A DNA stretch of 61,315 nucleotides, counting the filler. It is 6 parts of 6 records of this genome, joined end to end, with 100 filler letters (N's around TTAATTAATTAA, not from the genome) between each part and the next. Parts side by side here need not be neighbours in the genome. Positions count along the whole stretch, not along the records: positions 45,448 to 53,381 come from SRR31156797_26590; positions 53,482 to 61,315 come from SRR31156797_26598; 4 more parts are not named here. The stretch is one strand, 5' to 3'. The number at the start of each line of letters is the position of its first letter. The first letter of the stretch is position 1. Shown here piece by piece: positions 48,531 through 58,415 of the stretch. The notes under the pieces are model-generated. The model was not told where the DNA came from and did not search any database. It saw only the letters and a list, made by a program, of their open reading frames with translations. Made by a program: the position numbers and the translations under genes.

Positions 48531-48854
48531 TCAATCAACATTGAATTCGATGCTCACTCTTTCGGATTGCTTTGCAAGGGTCGGGGAAAGCATACCAAGC
48601 TCCATTCTGCAGACATGCAAAACTCCTGCAGGTACAATACACGTGGAACAACATGTATCCTGCGCCTGATTCATGACGTAGTTCTCTTTTATGTTCATGG
48701 TCTCTTTCTTTGGTATCTCCATGTGTGCTATTTTGGCGACCTTACTGCAATCAGTCTCGATATCTGTGATGACTGTTTTTCTTCCTTCAAGCTGTCCGGT
48801 AATCTTGTGGCTGAATCCACAAATGGATGAATTGACCTTTACTTCTGATGGCAT
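48531..48854 (-). CDS. Small Cys-motif protein (DUF6951-like), paralogue 1
   Basis: VNSSICGFSH, TDCSKV and CCSTCIVPAG.L.VC. Start re-assigned to ATG 48854 by alignment with the paralogue. Confidence 0.78.
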   Translation of the reverse strand: MPSEVKVNSSICGFSHKITGQLEGRKTVITDIETDCSKVAKIAHMEIPKKETMNIKENYVMNQAQDTCCSTCIVPAGVLHVCRMELGMLSPTLAKQSERVSIEFNVD

Positions 48855-49014
48855 GTGTATCTTCCTTTTTCGTTCCTTAAGCACAGGCCCATGGAACAGA
48901 ATTTAATATAAATTATTGAAGGTGAATGGTTTTAAAAGCTTGCGTCAAAATTAAAAAATACCTGTTTTTCAGCAGTACCGTTCGTATGTAGCTGAAAAAT
49001 CTGTAAAATGGGTG

Positions 49015-49037
49015 GAATGTGTTTCCAGAACACATTC
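49015..49037 (-). terminator. Hairpin downstream of CMD gene
   Basis: GAATGTGTT-TCCAG-AACACATTC perfect 9-bp stem. Confidence 0.5.
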
Positions 49038-49053
49038 GATATTGATCCGATAA

Positions 49054-49386
49054 TTATTCCTCGTCACCGCAGCAAGTGCAGGAAATGTTTCCTTTCAAGA
49101 TCTCCTGCCAGTCTCCGATAACATCATGTGTCCAGCAGTCATCTGCACCGGCTGCTTCTCTCATGGTGAGTGCAAAGATGTAGGATAGGTCCTTTACAGT
49201 GGCACCTGCTTCCAGTGCACCTTTGAAGTGTTTGAGCACACATGGCTTTGACCTTGCTTTTATGGACAATGCAAAACAAAGGTACTGATATGTCTTCTCA
49301 TCGATGGGTCTTTTCTCGGCATAGAGTTTGTCGATCTCGTCAAGCTTTTCGGTAAATTCCGGGAAAAATTCTTCAAGCATTCTCAT
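49054..49386 (-). CDS. Carboxymuconolactone decarboxylase / AhpD-like family protein
   Basis: IDEKT..L..ALS....PCVLKHFKGALEAGAT, with Cys-rich tail SCTCC. GGAGA RBS before ATG 49386. Confidence 0.85.
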   Translation of the reverse strand: MRMLEEFFPEFTEKLDEIDKLYAEKRPIDEKTYQYLCFALSIKARSKPCVLKHFKGALEAGATVKDLSYIFALTMREAAGADDCWTHDVIGDWQEILKGNISCTCCGDEE

Positions 49387-49546
49387 GATGGTTATCTCCA
49401 TTATTATTTTCAGTTAACACTGTTGATCTGGCAACTGGGGCTTAATGTCAGCACCAGATACTTCAAATTATGTTGAAATAGCTATATAAAACTAATTATT
49501 TGATCCGATTACCTCTAAACAATCCTCAAATCTGTATCTTGAAGTA

Positions 49547-50437
49547 TTATCCGAAAATCTTCGGACTCCTCTCCATAACTGAAACATATGCCCCAAGAAG
49601 AATAAAAATACATCCTGTGAATGTATCTGCAAGCAAGGGTGTATGAAGTATTGCCACATCAAAAAAGATGCCACTTACAGGCTCTAACAAAGCCAGTATA
49701 CTGCCTTTCTGCGCCTCGATCTTCGAGATGCCACTGATGTATAGCAGTGCAGCCATGGCTGTGTTTACAATACCGAATAGTATCAGCAAGCTCAGGTTAT
49801 CGCTAAGGACCGGAGCTGAGACTTTTCCTGCAAATGGCAGCAACAGGATAACTCCTACCAGGGTGAACCAGAATAATTGGGCAAGACCCGAATAATCATC
49901 TCTAATATAACGAACTGTGACTATCAAGCTGCCAAAGCAAAGACCGGAAAGGATCCCGGCAGTTATTCCAATGAAGTATCCGTTACCGGATGAGAAGCCT
50001 TCCGTGATACTGTTGATGTCAACGATAAATACCAGACCTGTTAATGAAAGTATCAATGCGAATATCCCTTTGCGGGTGATCTTCTCTTTGAGTATCAGTG
50101 GTGAGAGCAGAGTCACGTACATAGGTGCAGTGTAGAGCATCAAGATTGCCACTGAGAAGCTTGTGTACTTGATGCAGACGAAATATGTGAAAATAGTAGC
50201 TGTGTTGATGAATCCAAGTAGCAACAGGTAGCGTTTTTTCCTTCTGGGAACTATCCGGGACATCTTACCTGTAATTGCTATGAAGATTAGCAATGCAAGG
50301 ACACCGAAGAGCTGCTTGTAGAACAGCATTGGTCCTATGGGTACATCCTTCAGGTAATCGACAAAAACACCTAAAAGTCCGAAAAGAACAGAACCGGTAA
50401 CAAGCTCAAAGTAGGGTTTTTTAGATCCCGGGTTCAT
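49547..50437 (-). CDS. EamA/DMT-family transporter
   Basis: About 10 TM helices, YTAPMYV..L..LILKEKI and LLEPV. Probable start ATG 50437. Confidence 0.9.
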   Translation of the reverse strand: MNPGSKKPYFELVTGSVLFGLLGVFVDYLKDVPIGPMLFYKQLFGVLALLIFIAITGKMSRIVPRRKKRYLLLLGFINTATIFTYFVCIKYTSFSVAILMLYTAPMYVTLLSPLILKEKITRKGIFALILSLTGLVFIVDINSITEGFSSGNGYFIGITAGILSGLCFGSLIVTVRYIRDDYSGLAQLFWFTLVGVILLLPFAGKVSAPVLSDNLSLLILFGIVNTAMAALLYISGISKIEAQKGSILALLEPVSGIFFDVAILHTPLLADTFTGCIFILLGAYVSVMERSPKIFG

Positions 50438-50532
50438 TGAATGGGAAATGGTGAAATGTACTATAAAGTATTTGCTGAGGCAAACCATAATTATTAATAC
50501 TCTTCAAATCAATTTTCTTCGGGGTAAATAAA

Positions 50533-50901
50533 ATGGCAACTTTTGTTCACATAGACGTACCTGCAGATGATGTTGAGCGCTCAAAGAAATTCTATGGTGA
50601 TCTCTTTGGATGGAAATTCGAGAAACCTATGCCAGAAATGGAATACTATCTCTTTGAAACCACCGGCCTTGACGGTGAAGCTGGTATAAGGGGCGGAATG
50701 GGTCTCAGGGGAGAGCCTGAACAGCGTATGACAAGTTATATCGGCGTTCCTTCTGTAAAGGAGTATGCCAAAAAGATAGAATCTGCCGGAGGAAAAGTCC
50801 TTAACCAAATGCCTGTTCCTGGATGGGGTTATCTTGCGATATGTCAGGATACAGAAGGCAATATCTTTGGTATCTGGGAAGACAATGAAGGTGCAAAATA
50901 A
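50533..50901 (+). CDS. VOC/glyoxalase-family protein
   Basis: FVHIDVPADDVERSKKFYGDLFGW, GGM and QDTEGNIFGIWE. Confidence 0.92.
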   Translation: MATFVHIDVPADDVERSKKFYGDLFGWKFEKPMPEMEYYLFETTGLDGEAGIRGGMGLRGEPEQRMTSYIGVPSVKEYAKKIESAGGKVLNQMPVPGWGYLAICQDTEGNIFGIWEDNEGAK

Positions 50902-51174
50902 CGGGTTTATGCTATCAATGATCAGCGTATTTCCTTTATTTTTGCTAATATGTAAATATAATTATCATTTTGTTTCTCACTGGCACTCTTTTTTGAGATG
51001 GGCTGTCATTTTTCAGAAAAATAATTTCTTTCCTTTTAGACGTTACCTTTACATATCAGACTAGCTCTTAATAGAAACCATTAGCAATTGTATATACAAT
51101 ATTTATTCCTATATATGCCTATAAGCAGGCATGTACGGTCATTATAGAAAACGAAAACCCAAAATGGAGGCTCA

Positions 51175-51939
51175 ATGCTGGATATAGATCCGACAGGTAT
51201 CGTTGTCAGATACAATGTCAAACTCGAGCGAGAACTTACACCTGACGAGATCGCAAGAGAACTTTTCCCTTCGGACATGCTACTGTGCAATATTGTTGAA
51301 GCAGTTTACGAAGGCGATGAGGATGAAGTTATCATTGCTCTTAAAGAGGCTGTAACTGCAGGAAAAGATCCATTTGACCTTATTGATGATGCCCTCATAA
51401 AGGGAATGAATATCGTCTCCCAGTTGTATGATGATGGGGTACTGTTCCTTCCAGATGTTGTCATAGCATCCCGTGCCATGAGCGATGGTATAGAATATTG
51501 TAAACAGATATCCGGAAAGGTCCATGAATATAAAGGAACGGTTGTGTCCTATGTAGTTGAAGGGGATATTCATGATATTGGGAAAAAGATACTGACGGTT
51601 CTCCTGAAGTCGAATGGCTACGAAGTCATCGATCTTGGAAGCGATGTTCCTATTGATGAGGTTATTCAGGCAGTGCTTAAGTACAGGCCTATCATGCTCA
51701 CAGGTACCTCCCTTATGACAACGACGATGTATTCATTTATGGAGGTCAATGACCGTTTGCTTGAGAATGGTATAAATATTCCATTCGTATGTGGTGGCGG
51801 TGCTGTGACCCAGGATTTTGTTATGAAATATGAATTGGGGCTATACTGTGAAGATGCTGCCTTTGTTCCAAAGATAGCGGATATGATAGTCAAAAACATG
51901 GGTATTGGGGAACTAAGGGAGAAATTCCACGTACATTGA
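51175..51939 (+). CDS. mtaC: Methanol-type corrinoid protein (MtaC-like)
   Basis: MtaC-style N-terminus RYNV..E..LTPDE.A.ELFP, B12 motif EGDIHDIGK, LTGTSLMTTTM and CGGGAV. GGAGG RBS. Confidence 0.85.
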   Translation: MLDIDPTGIVVRYNVKLERELTPDEIARELFPSDMLLCNIVEAVYEGDEDEVIIALKEAVTAGKDPFDLIDDALIKGMNIVSQLYDDGVLFLPDVVIASRAMSDGIEYCKQISGKVHEYKGTVVSYVVEGDIHDIGKKILTVLLKSNGYEVIDLGSDVPIDEVIQAVLKYRPIMLTGTSLMTTTMYSFMEVNDRLLENGINIPFVCGGGAVTQDFVMKYELGLYCEDAAFVPKIADMIVKNMGIGELREKFHVH

Positions 51940-52247
51940 TATCTATTAAATAAGAATGAATAGGTGGCTCACATCCAAACACGACCCTTCTTGTGTAGAT
52001 TGGATTGAAGGAAGTACAATATTCAGACAAGAGCCAAATTATGGTTGGATCTTCCATGTATTTAATATCTCCTTTTTTCCCGGAAAAGAAAAGAGCTCAG
52101 GAAAGTTGTTTTTCCAGAAAAGATTAGAACTATTAATCTTGATCTACTATTTATGTGTAGAAATAAATTATCTGTAATGTCGTAAGAGTATATATCACTG
52201 AAGGTGGTCTTATCATTAATTCTAAAGGTCAGATAGAAAAAGAAAAT

Positions 52248-53381
52248 ATGTCTTGCATGGGGGATCTAAAGTCTGCCCCTCCGGTCCAGATAATTTCCTT
52301 TCTATGGGGTGATGATGCTGCGAGGCCGGTGATATCCGTATCTGACAATATTTCTCTATTGGGTTATTCTCCCGGAGATCTCACTTCCGGAAATATCAGT
52401 TTTTTGGACATCGTTTATCCTGCATACATCAAAGAGCTTACAGAAAGGTTTTTAAAATTCAATTACGAGGATGAAAGCTCTTTTTTTACGGCGGAATATA
52501 GAATTGTCTCTGTCGACGGCAGGACCTGTGATGTAGTCGAAAATACGTTCCGGGTAAGACAGGATGCTAACTACCTGTTCCATGGGATCCTATCTCTGAA
52601 AGGTGCTTTTGATCCCACTGTCTCCGGGGATGCAGAAAAGACCTATTGCAGGAATATAGTTGACAGCATACAGACTCCTCTTTTGATACTCGATAGCAAG
52701 TTCCATGTATTTTCTGCTAACGAATATTTCTACAATCTTTTCAAACTAAAGCCGGAAAACACCGAAGGTCGACATTTTCTGAGTCTTAGCAATGAGAATA
52801 GAGAAGAACTGACTGCTTTTCTGGAAAAAGGACTTGAAGAGGATTATTTCTTTGAATACCAGGAGGTAAATTGTGTTATTGAGGGCCTTGGTATCCGAAC
52901 AATGCGCCTAACTGCAAGACCTCTTGATATCGGTATTGGCTTGGAGAGACGTATCCTCCTTTCCATCGAGGATATTACTGACAGAAAACTGGCCGAAGCT
53001 GAGCTTAAGGCTTCCGAGGAAAAATATTCCACGCTTGTTGAAAAAGGCAATGATGGTGTCCTTATCATTCAGGATGGAAAACTGAGTTTTGTCAACTCTA
53101 AATTTTCCCAGATGACTGGTTATGAAATAGGCTATTTTCAGGGAAGTGAATTGTTTGTAACTGTTCCTTTGGAATATTATCGAATGATATCTAAAAGGCT
53201 TAAAAAGGTTCTGAAGGATAAACGGGGTATCAAAAGGAATGATGAGGTCGAGTTCCTGAAAAGGGATGGGGATACCTTTCCGGCTGAAATCAGTCTTTCT
53301 TACGTATTCTATGACCAGCATCCTTCTGTTATGATGACTGTCAGGGATATTTCTGAAAGGAAGCAGGCTGAAGCAGAACTC
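52248..53381 (+). CDS. Multi-PAS sensor protein, probably a histidine kinase (3' truncated)
   Basis: Three PAS/PAC units with IEDITDRKLAE and VRDISERKQAE linkers. Confidence 0.85.
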
Positions 53382-53481
53382 NNNNNNNNNNNNNNNNNNN
53401 NNNNNNNNNNNNNNNNNNNNNNNNNTTAATTAATTAANNNNNNNNNNNNNNNNNNNNNNNNNNNNNNNNNNNNNNNNNNNN
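53382..53481. other. Artificial contig linker
   Basis: Same 100-nt spacer. Confidence 0.98.
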
Positions 53482-54856
53482 AGTGGATGCCGAGACCCCT
53501 TGCCACGACGATAATGACGCCGACCGTCGTCGTCGCGGCGATTGCGTAGACTCCATTCCAGCCCCAGGACACACGCCAGGGCGAAATGCCGGCGGCCCTG
53601 GCCAGATACAGGGACGTTCCCGAAAACGGCGAGACCACCGCCCCGATCCCCCACATCGCCAACAGGGCGGCGCCGAAGGCGACCGGCGATATGCCGAGGA
53701 TTTCCGGCGGCAGCACCTCGCCGATGAGAACGAAGACGATGACCGGATGCAGGCCGGCCATTGCCAAAGCCAGGATCACCGCCAGAACCAGGGCCAGATT
53801 GGCGGCGAAGGAAAGGCCAAGCATGCCGACCACGGCCTCGACCGATTCCGGTGGCACCGCGGCGGCCATGCCGGCGCCCAGGATGTTCGCCCCGGCGAAG
53901 ATGAATATCTCGTTGCGCAGGTTCGGTATGGCATCGCCGACCCGCCGGGCCAGATCGCCGACGGCGGAGATCGCATCGATCCGCCGGTAGGTCTGGGCGA
54001 CGATCCAAACAACCGCATAGGGCGGCGCCAAAACGCCGAGCGCGATCGGTATCGGCAAGCCCAACCCCTCGACCAGGATGACGACGGCGGAAAACAGGCT
54101 GGCCGGCACCGCCACGGCCCGCCAATCCCAGGTCGCGGTTGCCGTTGCCGGCGGCGACCGGGTTGCCGTTTGATCCGGGCCGGGGCACCGCCGGCGCCGG
54201 CTGATGCGGTCCATGGTCCAGCCGAGCCCGATCAGGCAAATCGCGAAGAACAACCCGGACGGCGCCAGGTCCGACCACTTGAGCCCGGGCAGGATCGACA
54301 GGACGACGGTGACGGCAATGTAGAACGGGGTCCAGCAGGACGCCGAGGTAAAACCGCGGGCGATGGCGCAGGTCAGCCGGCGCTTCAGCCCGGGATCCGG
54401 CTGATTGCTTATGATCCCCGACAACAGCGAAATACCGGCCATGTTGAGCACCGAGCCGAGAATATGGGCCGCCGTCATCAGGGCGGCATAACGCCGCCCC
54501 GGCGGTTGCCGCATGGCCGTTTCCTGGGCCGCCTGCAGGGACGGGCTGCGGCCGGCCGGATAGTGCAGCCAGGTAACGGCGGCGAACAGAAGGAAAAAGG
54601 ATTGGGTCCGGTGCAGGCCGGCCAGCAGCGGCCCGACGGGATCGCCGGCATAAAGCGCCACGGCGAGCCCGAGTCCGACCAGGACGCCCCCGGCCACCCG
54701 TGGCCCGACGGCCATCCGCCGAAATTCAAGGGCGAGATAGAACGCCAGCATCAGGCTGACCAGCGTCGACAGCACCGGCGAGCCGGCGAAATATCCGGCC
54801 GTCGCGCCGACATAAAGGGCGAACGACAACCAGGTCGAGATGTTTTTCGCTGTCAT
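53482..54856 (-). CDS. Polytopic membrane protein, putative transporter (3' end at contig edge)
   Basis: More than 12 hydrophobic segments, with motifs RGF....WTPF, GLHP and SPFSG. Probable start ATG 54856. Confidence 0.75.
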
Positions 54857-55037
54857 GATCGTATCGCCGGAAACGTCGACGGGTCCTTCTTCGAATTGTG
54901 ATCGCCGGAACGCACCGACAATAGCGGCAAAGGCCTGCCGCTTTGTTCCAACCGGGTTATACTGCGCCGGTGCCGGCGCGCAAATCAATTGCGCCGGTAT
55001 AATCATTGACGATGCCACCGGACCGAGGAGCGAAGGC

Positions 55038-55631
55038 TTGAACCCGCATTCCGATTGCCAGCTGATCGAGATCACGCCGAAAAGCCACGGCGTCACCCTG
55101 TCCCTGGCCTATGCCGGGCCGGACAATTTCACCGGAAAGGCCGTCTACGGGCGGGCCGTCTGCATGCTGCATTCGGATGCGGAAAAACGCTTTCGCCGCG
55201 CCGTCGAACTGGCCGCGGCACAGGGTTACGGGGTGCGCGTCTTCGATGCGTTCCGGCCGTCGGATGCGCAATGGGTGCTGTGGAACCATACGCCGGATCC
55301 CGATTTCCTGGCCGATCCCAACCGCGGTTCGCCGCATTCGCGCGGCGTCGCGGTCGATCTGACCCTGGTCGACGGCAACGGCAACGACCTCGACATGGGC
55401 ACCGGTTTCGACGCCTTCACGCCCCTGTCGCACCACGGCAATACCGACATCGGACCCGAGGCGCAGCGCAACCGCAGCATCCTGCTCGGCATCATGTCGG
55501 CGGCCGGCTGGGACTTCTATTCGAAGGAATGGTGGCACTATCAGATGTTCGACAGCCGCCGCTATCCGGTGATGAACGACGACGCCCTGCCCGAAACCAT
55601 GATGCCGCCGGATCCGGCGAGCCGACGATAG
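55038..55631 (+). CDS. ddpX: D-alanyl-D-alanine dipeptidase (VanX/DdpX, M15D)
   Basis: YA..DNFTG, FDAFRP, SPHSRGVAVD, DMGTGFD and EWWHY. TTG start after GAGGAG. Confidence 0.93.
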   Translation: MNPHSDCQLIEITPKSHGVTLSLAYAGPDNFTGKAVYGRAVCMLHSDAEKRFRRAVELAAAQGYGVRVFDAFRPSDAQWVLWNHTPDPDFLADPNRGSPHSRGVAVDLTLVDGNGNDLDMGTGFDAFTPLSHHGNTDIGPEAQRNRSILLGIMSAAGWDFYSKEWWHYQMFDSRRYPVMNDDALPETMMPPDPASRR

Positions 55632-55686
55632 GGGGAGCAGGGCCGCTCCCCATCCGGAAGCGGCCTTGCCTTAAACGATAATTCGC

Positions 55687-56583
55687 CTACTCCAGGTGCT
55701 TGTAACTGTCGAGCGCCTTGAAGATCCGGGCCTCTTCGTCGGCCGATTTCGGCAACATCGGAAGTTTCGGCATTCCGACATCGATGCCGCGATAGCGCAG
55801 CGCCGAGTGATAGAACGGCACCGGAATACCCGAACCGGTCAGTTTTCTGAGCTCGTTGGCTTCGCGCTGGAGCTGCAAGGCTTCGTCGAAGGCGCCCCGG
55901 TCGGCCGCATCGAAGATGCCGTTGACCACCTTCGGATAGAGGTTCGACAGACCGGACACGCACCCCCGCCCGCCGCCGACCAGAGCCGGCAAAAGGATGG
56001 TCTGCGACCCGACGAGAACCTGGAAATCGGGAAAATCGAGGGTGGCGGCGATGTAATCGTAAAAAAGCTGGATGTTCGCGCTGCTGTCCTTGAGACCGGC
56101 CAGCCCTTTTTCCGCCAGGCGGGCAATCTGCTCCGGCGTTGTGCAATAGTTGGTGTATTTCGGGTTGTTGTACATGAACACGGGGACGCTGACGGCATCG
56201 ATCAGGCGCAGGAAATGCTGCTCGACGACTTCGGGTCCGTGCAGATAATAATACGGGGTCAGCGACGCGATCGCATCGACCTTCAGGCTTTCCGCGTGCT
56301 TCGCCAACGCGATCGTCGTGTAGGTATCGGGATCCCCGGCGTGCAGCACGACGGGTACGCGGCCGTCGACACATTCCATGACGACTTCGATCACCTGTTT
56401 TCGCTGTTCCACCGTCATGATCGGGCCGGATCCGTAGGACCCGGCAACGTATAATCCATGAACCTGCGGCACCAGCCAGTCCAAGAAGGCCTTGAATTTG
56501 GGCACGTCGACGGCGCCCGTGTCGTCGAAAGGCGTAATCAACGCCGGAAGGGCTCCTTTGAAGTTCTTCATGCTCATGGACAA
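55687..56583 (-). CDS. Dihydrodipicolinate synthase / N-acetylneuraminate lyase-family aldolase
   Basis: PALITPF, GSYG, TPYYY, MYNNP and Schiff-base Lys in GLKDS. The start may be 56577 or 56571. Confidence 0.9.
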   Translation of the reverse strand: MSMSMKNFKGALPALITPFDDTGAVDVPKFKAFLDWLVPQVHGLYVAGSYGSGPIMTVEQRKQVIEVVMECVDGRVPVVLHAGDPDTYTTIALAKHAESLKVDAIASLTPYYYLHGPEVVEQHFLRLIDAVSVPVFMYNNPKYTNYCTTPEQIARLAEKGLAGLKDSSANIQLFYDYIAATLDFPDFQVLVGSQTILLPALVGGGRGCVSGLSNLYPKVVNGIFDAADRGAFDEALQLQREANELRKLTGSGIPVPFYHSALRYRGIDVGMPKLPMLPKSADEEARIFKALDSYKHLE

Positions 56584-56690
56584 AATCCTTTTCCTCGATT
56601 GTCGTTACGCCGCAACCGTTGTCCGGCGCGCGTGGAATTGGCATTCGACCGAACGCTTTCCGGCAAGCACCCTATAAAACCGCCGGCCAT

Positions 56691-56843
56691 ATTGTCAACA
56701 ATCTTATAGTCTACAAAATATGCTTTAATCCCCCCATTCGTTGTTTGACCCAAGAGAACTTGGAATAGAATTCCTGGTTTCTAGCCGTTTTGTGAAGCTA
56801 ACATTGATTTTGTCAATTTTACTATTGTCTACAATTGTTGAGA
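56691..56843. promoter_or_regulatory. Candidate GntR/FadR operator boxes in divergent promoter region
   Basis: Near-palindromes ATTGTCAACAAT (56691-56702), TAGTCTACAA (56707-56716) and ATTGTCTACAAT (56824-56835) in an AT-rich gap. Confidence 0.7.
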
Positions 56844-56928
56844 TTGTTAGGGTTTTGGTTTGTGAGATGATTTGCGAACCTGGAATCGGGAATCGCAAAG
56901 TCCATCCCGTTGCAGAGGAGGACACGAG

Positions 56929-57909
56929 ATGAGAAAAATCTTCAAAACGATCTTGGCGACGGCTGGCGTTCTGGTTGCGGCCACGGCTTGGTCGGGAGGG
57001 GGCGCACAAGCGGCCTTTCCCGAGAAGCCGATCAAAATGCTGATCGGCTTCGGTGCCGGCGGCGGCACCGACACGGTCGGCCGCAAGATCGCCATCGAAA
57101 TGGAAAAGGCACTGGGTCAGCCGGTCGTGCCTGTCAACAAACCCGGCGGCGGCGGACTGGTTTCCTTCAAGGAACTGGTGGCGGCCAAGCCCGACGGTTA
57201 CACGATCGCCGTATTCCTGCCGATCAACGCCTCGATCCAGAAACACCTGAAAACATCGAAGGCGTGGATCGATCCGCTCAAGGATGTCCGCTTTCTGGGC
57301 ATGGTGAATGCCGATTTCTGGGGCATCGCGGTCAATGCCGACAAACCCTACAACGACATCGACGGATTCGTGAAGTGGGCCAAGGCCAATCCCGGCGCCA
57401 AGGTCAGCGACGGCGGTCCCGCCACCGGTTACCATTGGGCCTGGGAAGCCTTTCAGAAAGCCTTCGATATCAAATTGAAGACCGTCACCTACAAGGGAGG
57501 CACGTCCGGCGGGCTCAAGGCCGTCGCCGGGGGCGAGGTGATTGCCGCCGGGTCCGGTGCGCCGGAGGCGGATTCCATGTCCCGGGCCGGTCTCGTCAAA
57601 ATGCTCGGCGTCGCCGCCGACATGCGCAATCCGGTGGCACCCAATGTCCCGACCTTCAAGGAGCAGGGTTTCGACTACGTTTTCCGCGTACCGCGCGGTT
57701 TCGCGGCGCCCAAGGGAACTCCCGACGATGTCGTCGCGGTGCTGGAGGAGGCGATCCGAAAGGCCTATGAATCCAAATCCTATCAGGACCACCTCAAGAA
57801 AAGCGGCCAGGGCGGATGGTATTTGAGCGCGAAAGAGGGCGAGGCCTACCTCAGGAAGAACGACGACGAACTCCGCGCCCTGATCGAAAACGCCGGGATG
57901 CTCCGCTAG
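56929..57909 (+). CDS. tctC: Tripartite tricarboxylate transporter substrate-binding protein (TctC/Bug)
   Basis: Signal peptide, FPEKPI, AGGGTD, NKPGGGG, PDGYT, VPTFKEQG and APKGTP. GAGGAGG RBS before ATG 56929. Confidence 0.93.
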   Translation: MRKIFKTILATAGVLVAATAWSGGGAQAAFPEKPIKMLIGFGAGGGTDTVGRKIAIEMEKALGQPVVPVNKPGGGGLVSFKELVAAKPDGYTIAVFLPINASIQKHLKTSKAWIDPLKDVRFLGMVNADFWGIAVNADKPYNDIDGFVKWAKANPGAKVSDGGPATGYHWAWEAFQKAFDIKLKTVTYKGGTSGGLKAVAGGEVIAAGSGAPEADSMSRAGLVKMLGVAADMRNPVAPNVPTFKEQGFDYVFRVPRGFAAPKGTPDDVVAVLEEAIRKAYESKSYQDHLKKSGQGGWYLSAKEGEAYLRKNDDELRALIENAGMLR

Positions 57910-57940
57910 ACGAGACAGGGACGAGGAGTCGCCAACGCCG

Positions 57941-58393
57941 ATGACGGAAACGAAAGCCATGGGCGGGACCGAAATTGCCGCCGGGATTGCCGGTCTGGTC
58001 GTCGCCGGCCTGGGCTGGATCGAGGCCCTCTCGTTCCCCCTGCAGGATCTGCAGGAGGGGCTGGGGGCAGCGTTTTTTCCCCGCTTGATCCTGGGCATCA
58101 TCGCGATTCTCAGCGTTTGCCTGATCATCAACGGGCTGGTCCATGGTTTTCGTTTCACCCCGCCGTTCGAACGGGGTCGGGATCTGGGGACGGCGGGCAA
58201 GCTGTTCGCCGCCTTCGCCTGCTTTTCCCTGGCATTCGGGTTCTTCGGCCTCGCGGGTCCGGTGATCGCATTCCTGATCGTGGCCATGCGTATCCTCGGT
58301 GCGTCCTGGCGCCGCGCCGTCGGTGTGGGAAGTGCGATGGGCGCGGGGATCTACGGCTTGTTCGTTGTCGGTTTCGGCGTGCCCATGCCGTAA
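57941..58393 (+). CDS. tctB: TTT small membrane subunit
   Basis: GAAFFP motif, four TM helices and C-terminal F..GFGVPMP. It lies between tctC and tctA. Confidence 0.85.
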   Translation: MTETKAMGGTEIAAGIAGLVVAGLGWIEALSFPLQDLQEGLGAAFFPRLILGIIAILSVCLIINGLVHGFRFTPPFERGRDLGTAGKLFAAFACFSLAFGFFGLAGPVIAFLIVAMRILGASWRRAVGVGSAMGAGIYGLFVVGFGVPMP

Positions 58394-58415
58394 GCGGCGG
58401 GAAGGGAGTGGTGCC

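Noticed and set aside
51956-52177. 73-aa plus-strand ORF after mtaC, as a possible mtaB remnant
   Set aside because: No resemblance to MtaB, and it runs through AT-rich promoter-like sequence.
45448-53381. Pyrrolysine (TAG) read-through in the methanogen segment
   Set aside because: No methylamine methyltransferase is present. The complete genes I accept end in TAA or TGA at the expected family length, with no continuing domain.
55038-55631. Vancomycin-resistance (vanX) locus
   Set aside because: No vanH, vanA/B or vanRS is present. The context fits housekeeping DdpX.
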